From: Naegleria gruberi
Taxonomy: Eukaryota
Assembly: GCA_000004985.1 (NCBI GenBank)
Contig: GG738906.1
Length of the DNA: 64,000 nucleotides
Reading direction: 5' to 3' (one strand)
Each line of letters starts with the position of its first letter. The stretch's first letter is position 1. The position numbers were made by a program, and so were the translations under genes. Of this stretch, positions 33,634-44,239 are shown one piece after another. The notes under the pieces were generated by a model that was not told where the DNA came from, ran no database searches, and was given only the letters and a program-made list of their open reading frames with translations.

Positions 33634-35826
33634 TTATTCATCAATCATTTTGTTGTCGAGATTAATTATTTTGAGTTTATCCCTCTCATCCAAGAGCATC
33701 TTGTATCTTTCTTGAAGTTCTTTTTCTTTTTTACATAGAAGGGTTACTTCTTCTTCGAGATGAGCTAGTCTTAATGGCCCAACAGTTCTTTCTTGAGTTT
33801 GGATAAGTTTGAAATTATCTAGCTCTGATTTTGACTTTTTGATTTCTTCACTTATTCTCTTGAAATAGGTAAGCAATAATTCTTGCTTGGTTTTGAAAGT
33901 AGAGAGACCATTCTCGACTTGTTCCATTTCTTGTTTTAAAGTAGAGTAAGGTTTCTCTAGCATGTTTACAATATCTACCTTATTCGAAATAATAGGACTT
34001 TGATAGAGTTTGCGTAATTCCTCAAGCGATAAATTTTGATTTTGTTGATTCAATTCAATAGCCAACTCAATATTTGCCCTCAATAGTAAACTGGAAGGTA
34101 TGCTTAGGTTTTTTTGAGAAAATTCATGGGAAATGTCATTGTTAATCAATTGTTTCATCTCTAGTGAGATCATTTCGCTGGCTATTTTGTTATTTACATC
34201 TAGTTCCTGAGTCATTTCTTTTGATGGCACAAATACAGACATATCTTGACATGGGGTGTGAGGTTTAGGGTAATTTCGTCTTGATACGCTAGTTCTCTGA
34301 ATTAATTCATTTTGTTTTGCAACTAATTTTTCTTTTGATTTAGCCTTTTCATTTTCTCCAGCGTCTTTTTCTAAGGATTTCTTTTTAAATTCGGATTTTT
34401 CTTCATTGTTGGACTGTTTGAAAACCACAAAATCTCCACCAGTTGGTGTTGGAAGTTTGCTAAATCCCTCTTTCAAGCTTTGCTTGTGGAAATTTAAATC
34501 ATCAGTCAACTCTGTTGGAGCATATGATGGAGTATTGATTTGTAATTGATCTCTGAAAGGTGTTTGGTGAATTATTGGTGTTGATTTTACAGATGAACTT
34601 TGAATAGGAGTTGCAGAAATTGGTGTTGGATTTACAAAGATATCACTCTCCTTGGTTCTTGAAAGTTGAATAGGTGTTGGTGTACTTGAAAGTTGTTGCA
34701 ATTCTCTTAATTTTTCTCCTGTATTATCACCTTTGAGAGGTGTTCTAGTTGGTTGAATAAGAGGTGTTGCATTTGGTTTGTAATCTCCCATTAATTGTCT
34801 AGTTGCTTGATTATTTGAAAGAGAAGATGATGGTAAACTATTCATTTTCTTTCCCATTTTCACAATTTGATCCAATTCTTCATCTGTTATTTGAGGTGGT
34901 GGAAGTGATAATTTCACTTTTTTCAAGTTAACTCTTGATTCTGATATTTCATCCACTCTCTTTATAATTTCTGGAAGATTTTTATCCATTAAAATTTGGA
35001 CCTTATCCTTCTTTTTCTTTTCATTATTTTCATTTTGCTCATTTTGAATTTGAGCTAGAGCTTGAACAGAGTTACCTTCAAATGATAATAATGTTGTTTT
35101 CGTATCTTCCTCTGTAGTATCATAGAATCCAGGAGCTGGTTTTTTGTAGAAGGGAATTTCCTTATTATAATCCACAGTTGTAGATTGATTTTTTAACTTT
35201 CTCTTTTTCTTTGTGGATGGAGCAACTGTTAAACCAGCAGCTTTTAATTCTCTTTTCTTTTGCAGAGCAGCAATACGACGACCTTCTTCTAATTGTTTTT
35301 CTCTCAAATGTCGTTTAGCCTTTTTACCCTTTGTATTGGATAAACGAGCTCTAGCTTCATTTAATGTTTCCAATTCATCCTCATCCATATTAATAGGATC
35401 TGGTCTAGCTGCTTTAGTTTCTGGATTCGGATCAATTTCACCAACACGTAATTTTCTTGGATCATCACTCGAAGAGGATGACTCTCCACCTTCTTGTTTT
35501 CTTTGTTCCTCATCCAACATTTGTTCGTAATGTTCCAAACATTGACTTGCTGTTCTTCCTACAATCGGAGCTATTGATTTCCATTGACTTGGCATAATTT
35601 TTGCAAGATGCAATAGTTTTTCCTCCTCTTCTCTTGTCCATTCGGTTTTCTTTATGCTCGGATCAAGCCATTCATACCAACGAGCTTTACATTGTTTAGC
35701 AGATTTTCTATTTAACAATGAAGCCACACGAGCCCATTGGTTTTTACCATACTTCATAACGGCAGCTTTTAAAATTTCATCCTCACTATTTTTCCAAGGA
35801 CCTCCTCTTACAAATTGTTTCGGCAT
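33634..35826 (-). CDS. CDC5L: CDC5/CEF1-type Myb-domain pre-mRNA splicing factor (730 aa, single exon).
   Basis: MPKQFVRGGPWKNSEDEILKAAVMKYGKNQWARVASLL...TEWTREEEEKLLHLAK: two Myb repeats at the N-terminus identical in layout to CDC5L/Cef1; long coiled-coil C-terminus. Confidence 0.9.
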   Translation of the reverse strand: MPKQFVRGGPWKNSEDEILKAAVMKYGKNQWARVASLLNRKSAKQCKARWYEWLDPSIKKTEWTREEEEKLLHLAKIMPSQWKSIAPIVGRTASQCLEHYEQMLDEEQRKQEGGESSSSSDDPRKLRVGEIDPNPETKAARPDPINMDEDELETLNEARARLSNTKGKKAKRHLREKQLEEGRRIAALQKKRELKAAGLTVAPSTKKKRKLKNQSTTVDYNKEIPFYKKPAPGFYDTTEEDTKTTLLSFEGNSVQALAQIQNEQNENNEKKKKDKVQILMDKNLPEIIKRVDEISESRVNLKKVKLSLPPPQITDEELDQIVKMGKKMNSLPSSSLSNNQATRQLMGDYKPNATPLIQPTRTPLKGDNTGEKLRELQQLSSTPTPIQLSRTKESDIFVNPTPISATPIQSSSVKSTPIIHQTPFRDQLQINTPSYAPTELTDDLNFHKQSLKEGFSKLPTPTGGDFVVFKQSNNEEKSEFKKKSLEKDAGENEKAKSKEKLVAKQNELIQRTSVSRRNYPKPHTPCQDMSVFVPSKEMTQELDVNNKIASEMISLEMKQLINNDISHEFSQKNLSIPSSLLLRANIELAIELNQQNQNLSLEELRKLYQSPIISNKVDIVNMLEKPYSTLKQEMEQVENGLSTFKTKQELLLTYFKRISEEIKKSKSELDNFKLIQTQERTVGPLRLAHLEEEVTLLCKKEKELQERYKMLLDERDKLKIINLDNKMIDE

Positions 35827-35998
35827 GATGATCGTCCAATTTTTGTAGAGGGTTTGATTGTATTAATATTTTTTTTATTATTTTTAAAATAGTTTGTTTA
35901 ATTGAACTGGAAGGAATTTTCCTATTAATTTGATAATAAAAGAAATTAAAATATTTGATACAAATTATTTATTACATGGTATTATTCTAGTTTAAAAT

Positions 35999-38093
35999 TT
36001 ACAAATCATCTTCCATAGTAGTTGGTCCATGTAATAATTCAATATCTTTTTCTCTAGAGAGTATTTCCTCTTGTTTCTTCATCAAGAATGAGAAAATGTC
36101 ACTAATTGAAACAATGCCGACAACTCTTGAATATTCATCAACACATACCAATCTGTGAATACGAGTTGTTGACAAGTGTCGTAATACTTTTTCAAATGAT
36201 TCAGCTTTTGTACAAGTAAAGACTGGAATTCTTGGTCTAGTTCTTAAAGCATCTCCCAAAGTCATTTCAAGTCTATAATCACCATCTCTAACAAAGTAGA
36301 CGATATCATATCTTGAAAATACATCAACTACGCATCCATCTTCATTTACAACAGGAATAGCAGAAACCTTATATTTAGCAAACATGCATACAGCTGCAAA
36401 AAGTTGCATTTCCATTTTAGCAGTAACAACATTGGTATATGTACCAATTCCTAAATCTTCTAAACTGTATTGGAAAATTGGAGATTCAAATTTGAGCTAA
36501 TAATAACCTTAATAATCACCAAATTCAAATTTTCATAAAAACCTACATTTTGAACTAGATAGGCAAGAAGATGTGAATGTGTAATAATATGTAATAAAGC
36601 TCCCTTTGGTGACAAAACTGGCAAACGATGGATTGAGTACTTGCTAAGAGTATGAATTGCTGTAAGTAAAGTATCTTCAGGTGTTACAAAAATAAGCTTA
36701 TCAGGTCTTGTACGTTTTTGCATTGCTCTCCATTCTCTAATTGTCTTGTGAGTTACAAGGTCTTGAATAACATCCATTTGATTGTGGAACAATAATAAAA
36801 TATCAATCAAATCGGTAACAGTTAACATTCCGACAAGACAACTCTTTTCACTATCCCAAAGAGAAGCAAATGAAATGTCTAAATAATCAATTTTGAATAC
36901 TATAAATCCTTAATTATTAATAACATACCATTATTAGCAGCAACTTGGAAAGCTTCTCTAACTGGCAGATCAATATCAAAAACTATTACTTTACCAGAAT
37001 AAGGCATTAAATCATAGTTAGTATTTTGTTTGAAAAAATCGAAAATAGGATCCAAAATTTCCTCTTGAATCTGTCCGTTAGAGACTCTTGGTTTTGTTGT
37101 TGGTGATGAACTAATAATAACTCCATCTTCATCACTCATAATTTTAATATTACTTGGTGGTTTTGTAATGGCATGAATACCTCCTTCAGAGAGACTAGAC
37201 TCATCCATGGAAAAGTCATCTTCACTAGTGTTTTTCTTTGGAATGTTCATGATAGTAGAAGATTTAATGTTGTTGATTTTTTGTTGTATTGATGATGTTT
37301 CGGACTTTCCAATAACACTCAAATTATTATTCTTGTTGTTGTATGAGTGGTCTTTAATATTATTATCCAATGACCGTGTAATACTTGGAAGTGAGAGTGA
37401 TCGGGTAGGAGTAAAATATTTTTTTTGTTTCTTTTGGAAATTTGTGCAACCCATCTGTTTGTTGCTGTTTGGAAAATTAGTGGTTGCTGGAGTTTGATTT
37501 GCAGAATTGGAAGCTTTGAATGCAACAGAAATCACTTCATCATTGATTCTTCCCAATTTTTCATACCTTGATTCGAGTTCTTGTTGTCTTGCAGCATAGG
37601 ATGTTGGAGATTGTAATTGGTCATAAACAATTGACTTGTTGTAGAGAGATGAATCAGAGGAAAATGGTGTTTCGAATTGTCCTGTCTCCTTCCTTCCTCC
37701 TGTTTCTTCCATCAGTGATTCATCATCATCAGCTTGAGGGTTTGTAATGAGTTGTTTAAACAGTTGTTTTTCATCTTGTTTTTTGAAAAGCAAATTGTGA
37801 ACTTTAGATAGAATTCTCCTCAATTTCTGATTCTTCTTAATAAAGATATTGTTATGGTCAGTTTGTTTGAATTGAACATTATTGGAATCTCCGTTGTTAT
37901 GGGCTGTTTTAAATTGATGATTTGAATCACTTCCTCCACTTGTTGACTTTCTAAAGAATTTACCAAACAATGAATTTCTTCTTTCTTTGAGTATTTGAGG
38001 AGAGTAGGAGTCTCTCCTCAATTCAACGGTTTTACTTCTTGAATGATTAACATCCAAAGATTTGGTAATTGTTGATTGTGTGGTTGTTTCCAT
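35999..38093 (-). CDS. PRKAG: AMP-activated protein kinase gamma (SNF4-type, 4 CBS domains) with a long low-complexity N-terminal extension; 3 exons: 38093-36929, 36878-36547, 36496-35999 (two 50-nt introns).
   Basis: Spliced product: ...VAANN|DISFASLWDSEKSCLVGMLTVTDLIDILL...IHRLPVLSPKGALLHIITHSHLLAYLVQN|LKFESPIFQYSLEDLGIGTYTNVV...SAIPVVNEDGCVVDVFSRYDIVY...IHRLVCVDEYSRVVGIVSISDIFSFL. It is colinear with AMPK-gamma CBS1-4. Junctions are GTATGT...TTTAG and GTAGGT...ATTAG. Confidence 0.85.
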
Positions 38094-38296
38094 GTTTTTT
38101 TTGCCTGTAATGGTTGAGAAGTTTAATAAATCTTAAAAGTACATTTTCCAAACTGGTTTTAAACTAGGTGTCACTTCGATAATATATGAACTTTGTCATA
38201 TGAACACCTCCAAATTCAAAGTAATTGTTATTTTAATGCATATAATAAATAAATTATAAAATTTCTATTTAATTTTATTTTTGTAAATTAAAAAAA

Positions 38297-39259
38297 ATGA
38301 AACGAGTCATTCAAAATTACCTCGCTGTGGCACCATCCACTTTAAAGAAGGTGCAAACTTCAGGTGTTGCATCATCTCTTCTTCAAAGAATGTCTTTCTG
38401 TACAACTTCTCGCATCATGAATAATGACAATAACACAACAATAACACCTCAACAACAATATGAACGTTTTAGACAAACAATCAAACCTCTCAAAAAGAAG
38501 GAAGCCTACAAACAATTTATCGAAGTTGAAAATACAAAAGTTGAAGATATATCCTTGACGAACTTGAAACTTCCAATGCCACTCAAAAAGAAGAGAAGAG
38601 TTGGTAGAGGTACTGGTTCTGGAAGAGGAAAGACTTGCGGTAGAGGTAGAGGTGGTCTTTACTCTCGTAATGGTATTAATCTTCCTGTTGGTTTTGAAGG
38701 TGGTCAAACTCCATTGTGGCGTCGTGTTCCAAAATATGGTTTCCGTAATGGTAAATTCAAACTCAACTATCAAGAAGTTAACTTGGAACAAATACAATTC
38801 CTCATCGATTCTGGACGTATTGACATTAGTCAAGGTGCCACAATAACTATGAGAACATTGAAGGAAGCAGGATTGATTAAAAATCCAAAGTATCCTGGAA
38901 TTAAATTACTCGCTAAAGGAAAGGAATTTTTACGTTCAAAGATTGATATTGAAGTACCAAGAGCATCTAAGGAAGCTATCAAGGCCATTGAAAGTGTAGG
39001 CGGTTCTGTTCGTTCGATTTACTACAATAAGAAGAGTATTCAAGTAATGTTGAACTTTGAAAAGTTTATCCAACAAAAAGGCCATTTATTATCGGATGAA
39101 GAAAAGAGTAATCCACAATTGATTTATAAGAAATATATGGGTTTACCACCTCCAAAACTTTTGAGTTTCTATATGGAAGAAGCTAATAGGGGATATCTTG
39201 CACCTTTTGCCAAGGCTTCTTCGTTTGAATTTTATAATGACGAACAAAAACAACAATAA
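38297..39259 (+). CDS. MRPL15: Mitochondrial ribosomal protein L15 (uL15m).
   Basis: KRRVGRGTGSGRGKTCGRGRGG...GFEGGQTPLWRRVPKYGF is the bacterial-type uL15 signature; an N-terminal presequence-like extension is present. Confidence 0.8.
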   Translation: MKRVIQNYLAVAPSTLKKVQTSGVASSLLQRMSFCTTSRIMNNDNNTTITPQQQYERFRQTIKPLKKKEAYKQFIEVENTKVEDISLTNLKLPMPLKKKRRVGRGTGSGRGKTCGRGRGGLYSRNGINLPVGFEGGQTPLWRRVPKYGFRNGKFKLNYQEVNLEQIQFLIDSGRIDISQGATITMRTLKEAGLIKNPKYPGIKLLAKGKEFLRSKIDIEVPRASKEAIKAIESVGGSVRSIYYNKKSIQVMLNFEKFIQQKGHLLSDEEKSNPQLIYKKYMGLPPPKLLSFYMEEANRGYLAPFAKASSFEFYNDEQKQQ

Positions 39260-39403
39260 ATGTTAAATAGAATAAATTGTTGGATAAAAACAAATTAAAA
39301 CCTTAATGAAACAAGTTGAATTAATTGTGGATAGATCTGAATTAAATAATTGAAAGAGAATGGGCCAAATAATATTTTTAAAAAATATTTAATTTAAAAA
39401 AAA

Positions 39404-39887
39404 ATGGTTTACACTAGCATTTTGTTCCACAGCGACAGATGGAAGGAATTTGTTCCAGCTGAGATGCACCAAGAAGTAGAATCTAAAATCAGCAGTATGT
39501 ACATCAAGAATAGTATGAAACAATAACATTGTGTTAACGTTTTTATGAATTTAATAATAATTGTTGGAATTTGTGATTAAATTGTTCGGATGATGTATAG
39601 AATTGAAGCCTCTTGTTTCTGAAGAAGAAATGGACAAAAACAATGTTCCTTTGTATTTGAGAGATGCCTGTGTTCACCGTGTTATCCCTCTCAACAATTG
39701 CAGACACGAAAATTATTATAATCCTTTCAAATGTGATGATGAAAGAATTAGATATGAAAGATGCCAATACAAGAGATACATGAAGTGGGTGCAAAAATCA
39801 CAAGACTTATGGCGAAGAGAAGAAAAATTGAGAATTATCAAAGAAAAGTTAGAAAAAGCCAAGATGAACGCTCCAGCTGATGAATAA
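39404..39887 (+). CDS. NDUFB7: NADH dehydrogenase (ubiquinone) 1 beta subcomplex subunit 7 (NDUFB7/B18)-like twin-Cx9C protein; 2 exons: 39404-39494 and 39601-39887 (106-nt intron).
   Basis: Exon 2: LRDACVHRVIPLNNC...CDDERIRYERC (two Cx9C pairs) with the RDAC.H...L..C context typical of NDUFB7. The upstream exon is inferred from ATG at 39404 and AGCA|GTATGT...TATAG|AA restoring frame (moderate). Confidence 0.6.
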
Positions 39888-40064
39888 TGTAGTAATATTC
39901 TAATTCCCTTTTAACCACCATATCTTATCTTCCACAAACTCATCATGACTTTCCGTAATATTAAATCATCATTAGGAAAATAATCATAGGTGAAACACCA
40001 ATTCCTATTTCCAATAATAAAAACTATCTGCCACAAAACATTGGGTATTTTTGAAAGAAGGAAT

Positions 40065-41872
40065 TTACTCTTGTTTTTCATTTAAAGTTGTACCAATCTC
40101 ACCCCTTCTGAACATTGTAAATTGTCTGATGAATGGTTTTTCAAATTTGTAGAGGCAAACAATAAAAAGCATTAAAAACAAACTTCCAACACCTATATGA
40201 ACGAATCTGACAATGCAAAACAGTTTTGTTTTAGAAATATCAAAATAGAGTTCTGTAGCCTTGGTAATAACAAGGCAACTGGAAAGTACTATTAGTACTA
40301 CTTTGGATGGAATGATCTGTTGTAGAATTTCACTTGGTTTCATTCTCAAATTATTCTTGTGTTTCTTAAAGAATAAAACTATAAAATAGGTGCTATAGGA
40401 TATTCTCATTAACATATTAAAACAGTTGGCAATAATCATACTCTTAGTTCCCAAATTGAATAACCACAAACATGTAATACAAACAGACATGTACACAATA
40501 GAGAATAGAATCATAATGTAATTCAGTTTGATAATTTCCTTTCTATCTGAAAGTGCATGAATAAAAGCTTCACTTATTCCATTTAAAGCCATAAAGAAAA
40601 TATAAAAACAGTAAATAGATAATATCTGAGGAGCTTCAGTATTATTGGCCCATTGGTCACCATATAAGAGATAAATGAGAGTGTGAGAGTAAGCAGGTCC
40701 AAAGAAGGCAAATACACAACCAATTAAAATGGATGCTTTCAAAAACAGAATTAAAACTGTGGCGCTTGTTGTAACTGATTCAGTAATTTCGTCATTGGAA
40801 GGTTTCCTTTCAGTACAATTTACAATATTGCTCAATTTACTCCAAATAGAGAAACTGGTTTCTTCCAAATATTGAAATATTAAACGAGCTGCCAAAGATC
40901 CAAGATTAAAGACAATATCATAAACTCCCTGGTCATACTGAGTACGAAATAGAATTAATATATGTTTTTCACCTTCTGTGAGTATGTATTTAATTACGGA
41001 TTGATAGAGAAAACTTTGCGAGAGTTCAAACAAGTTCCAATCCCATGAAATTGTAAATTTTTCCAATAATTTGTTACCATTATTCCATTTAAAATTATAA
41101 ATTAGATATCCAATAAATATTGTCAAACTATAACATATTTGACTATATCCAAAGTAGAGTAAAACATTTTCTGTTTTGCAAATATTTACAATAAAAAAAC
41201 TAGAAATAATCTTGATAAATAAAGCACTAGCTTCTATTGTAACTCTAACACCAAATGCCAATTGAGCAAGAGAAAGAATATACATTGGTTGAGCAAAAAT
41301 TTCAATAAATGTTGCAAAGCTATAAATCAATAATGGAGATATTGTAGAATCTACCTTTGGTAAATAAAATGTTCCCCAAATAAAGTAACAAAAAATCATT
41401 GTCAACAATCCATATGGAATTGACAATAAAGAAATGGTTCTGATTTTCTGATATTGGTTTTCATTATTACTTTCATTCAAATTTGTTCTTAAACAAGCTC
41501 TTCTAAAACATTCTGAGGACAGAAATATTACAGTAGTTGCAAATAGTTCAGATTTAAAGATAAACTATTCAAAGTCATAAAAATTATTAATCTCAAAACT
41601 TACACCCTTAGTTCCTGGATCTAATTGTCTTATTATATATGTATTTGCAACAAATGTTACAATTTTAGAGAGGAAGGACAAAGCTTGATAAATTTTAATA
41701 ATTTGTTAATTTTTCAAAACATACATAATAAGTAGGATAAACCCTTTCCTGCAGATGTTAATGTATCCTGAATATGACTTTTTGTTGGTTGGTTGTTTCC
41801 GATTTGTTTTTCAATCAAGCTCTCTCTTGCTGTACCATCTGTGATTGTATTACTGATGCGTATTTTGGTCAT
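40065..41872 (-). CDS. RFT1: RFT1 (lipid-linked oligosaccharide flippase homologue), 3 exons: 41872-41725, 41683-41604, 41564-40065 (introns of 41 and 39 nt).
   Basis: Spliced product: ...LSFLSKIVTFVANTYIIRQLDPGTKG|FIFKSELFATTVIFLSSECFRRACL...ILTEGEKHILILF...[28 protein letters not shown]. It is colinear with human RFT1 (FLSKEIVGV...AREAFRRACL...ILTEGERYVM...[28 protein letters not shown]). Confidence 0.85.
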
Positions 41873-42111
41873 TTTTTTTTGATTGATATGAAATATGAAC
41901 AATACACGTTTTTTAACTTCGTGTTTGTAGATATTTTCTTCTTCTTTCCTCTGTTTTATATTATTGAGAACCATCAATTAATTGATGAGAAGAAAATTAT
42001 TAGTTTGGTAAAGGGGAATTAATAGTTGCATTAAATCCGACAATGGAGAGAAAGTGATAGTGGAGTTTCTCTTTCAAAATCACAAACTAGCGAAAAAAAG
42101 CGACAACAACA

Positions 42112-42642
42112 ATGACAAACTGTGGAAATGCACTCATCAGTGGAACAACATCATCTAATCGAACGAAAATTGAAAATTCAAATGGTGGAACGATAAATAC
42201 TACTAACATGACTCAAATTAAAAACCAACATATTTATAATCTATTAAACGACCAAATAGATGAAATTGATATTTTTGAAGCAATAGCAGATATCAGGGAT
42301 CCCGAGCATCCCTACTCTTTAGAGGAATTAAATATTATTAATGAAGATTCAATTCAAATAATTAATGGATCTATTGTGAAAATTAATTTTACACCAACTG
42401 TAAAACATTGTTCATTAGTGTCTCATATTAGTTTATGTATTAGGGAACGTTTAAAAAATAGATTTGGAAAAAAGTTGTTCGTGACAAAGTATAAATTAGA
42501 AATATTTGTATCGGAAGGGTCTCATAATGAAGAACAACAGGTTAATAAACAGATTAATGATAAAGAGAGAGTTACAGCAGCTATGGAAAATCCGTTAATT
42601 ATGGAATTAATAAAGCAATGTATTGGAAATGAAGATGAATAA
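42112..42642 (+). CDS. CIA2: Cytosolic iron-sulfur assembly component CIA2 / MIP18 (FAM96, DUF59) homologue, 176 aa.
   Basis: FEAIADIRDPEHPYSLEELNIINEDSIQI...INFTPTVKHCSLVSHISLCIRERL matches the DUF59/MIP18 core. Confidence 0.8.
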   Translation: MTNCGNALISGTTSSNRTKIENSNGGTINTTNMTQIKNQHIYNLLNDQIDEIDIFEAIADIRDPEHPYSLEELNIINEDSIQIINGSIVKINFTPTVKHCSLVSHISLCIRERLKNRFGKKLFVTKYKLEIFVSEGSHNEEQQVNKQINDKERVTAAMENPLIMELIKQCIGNEDE

Positions 42643-42644
42643 AT

Positions 42645-44114
42645 TTAAAGGTCTTCAATTTTAACAGTAAATTCCTTCTTTTCTGGATCTTCTTCTCTCA
42701 ACATTTTGATTTTAACTTGACCATTATTCCATTCGGCTGGAGCAACAAAAATAGCTCTAGTAGCACCAATCTTATCAGCATATTCGAAACAGGCACCAAC
42801 CTTCTTTGGATTCTTAAGATATAAATCAGCAACTCTACCCTTCTTTCTCAAAATTGAAACAATCTTAGCAGCTTGAGGTCTCAAAGAAAGATCGAATGGA
42901 ATAACAAAGTCTTCAACTTGTTGAGAAGTGATATATTCTGGAATCAATTTCAAATCTCTGAGAATTTCCAAAATGACAACATCTCCAAAACCAAAACCAC
43001 AAGCAGGAATTTGATCCTTAGCTCCATAAGTTCCTAAAATCTTATCATATCTACCGCCACCACAAATTGCACGTTGAATATCACCAACAGTTGCAAAAGC
43101 TTCAAAAACAACACCTGTATAATATGACAAACCACGAACAATACTTGGATCAAATTCAATCCAATCTTCAATATCATAACCATTCTTTCCTACCATGGCA
43201 AAAATTTCTTCAACTTCCTTGAAAACGGTACTATCCTTGAAAGCTTGATTTGTCAACATTCCCTTGAAAGCTTCCAAAGCTTTAGATCCAGAATAATCTT
43301 CATTTGGATTCAATTTCTTAAAGTTCATCAATTTGATAATCTTGAGAGCAACTTCATCAGAAATTTCAGGAACTTTATCAACAAGAATCTTTTTAACATC
43401 TTCAGCTTCCATCTTATCCATCTTGTCAATAATGATACAGGTTTCCTTGAACTTGTCATCAGATAAATTAAGTCCAAATTCTAATTTGATCAAATCTTCA
43501 ATAATTTTACGAGAACTGAATCTAATTGTAACTTTTTCACTTGATAAGGAAACCAATTTAAAGAAATTTACAATAGTAGCAAACAATTCACATTCACCTG
43601 TAACATCTTGAACACCCCAGATATCACAGTTCCATTGATAGTGTTCTCTCTTTCTACCACGAGTAGTAGTTTCATATCTCCAACATTGTGGAATACTGTA
43701 CCACTTTAATGGGAACTTTAAAGTCTTTTTGTTCTTCAAGATAAGTCTGGCAAGAGATGGTGTCATTTCTGGACGCAAAGCAACGTTCAATTCACTCTTG
43801 TCAATAAAGTTATACATTTGTTGAACAATTTCTTCACCTCCCTTTCTCTTGTAAAGTTCTTCCATTTCAAGGATTGGTGCATCGTATGGTTCAAAACCAA
43901 AGAGTTTACTTGTTTCGTGGAATTTACTGAAGAGCCATTCCCTTTCTCTCATTTCTTCAGGAAGGAAATCCCGAGTACCAGCTACAGGTTCAACCTCAAT
44001 GGCATTACCCTTTCTGTATTTTTGTTGTTGTTTACGTTTGCCCTCTTCTTCAGAGACAGGGTTCTTCTTTTGTTTTGTTTCAACTGGTGTTGTAGCAGTG
44101 GTTGGTTCACTCAT
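42645..44114 (-). CDS. HARS: Histidyl-tRNA synthetase (class II), 489 aa, single exon.
   Basis: GTRDFLPEEMREREWLFSKFHETSKLFGFEPYDAPILE (HisRS motif 1 region), RYDKILG, GFGFGDVV, and a C-terminal anticodon-binding domain. Confidence 0.9.
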   Translation of the reverse strand: MSEPTTATTPVETKQKKNPVSEEEGKRKQQQKYRKGNAIEVEPVAGTRDFLPEEMREREWLFSKFHETSKLFGFEPYDAPILEMEELYKRKGGEEIVQQMYNFIDKSELNVALRPEMTPSLARLILKNKKTLKFPLKWYSIPQCWRYETTTRGRKREHYQWNCDIWGVQDVTGECELFATIVNFFKLVSLSSEKVTIRFSSRKIIEDLIKLEFGLNLSDDKFKETCIIIDKMDKMEAEDVKKILVDKVPEISDEVALKIIKLMNFKKLNPNEDYSGSKALEAFKGMLTNQAFKDSTVFKEVEEIFAMVGKNGYDIEDWIEFDPSIVRGLSYYTGVVFEAFATVGDIQRAICGGGRYDKILGTYGAKDQIPACGFGFGDVVILEILRDLKLIPEYITSQQVEDFVIPFDLSLRPQAAKIVSILRKKGRVADLYLKNPKKVGACFEYADKIGATRAIFVAPAEWNNGQVKIKMLREEDPEKKEFTVKIEDL

Positions 44115-44239
44115 TTTTTTTTATTGGTTTTTGCAAATTATTTTTTTTAAACTTTATTCAATTTTCAATTGATAATAATAGATTTCTGCACTTTTGTAAT
44201 AATGAAAGGTTTTTAAACTTGCACATCATACAATTTGAT

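Noticed and set aside
35213-35848. Plus-strand ORFs 35213-35530 and 35654-35848 inside CDC5
   Set aside because: Antisense to a conserved Myb-domain CDS.
41565-41603. In-frame TAG inside the conserved RFT1 reading frame, suggesting stop-codon reassignment or a pseudogene
   Set aside because: The TAG lies within a 39-nt GTAAGT...AATAG microintron whose removal restores colinearity with RFT1 (…PGTKG|FIFKSELFATTVIFLSSECFRRACL). Other genes end on TAA, TAG or TGA at conserved C-termini, so the code is standard.
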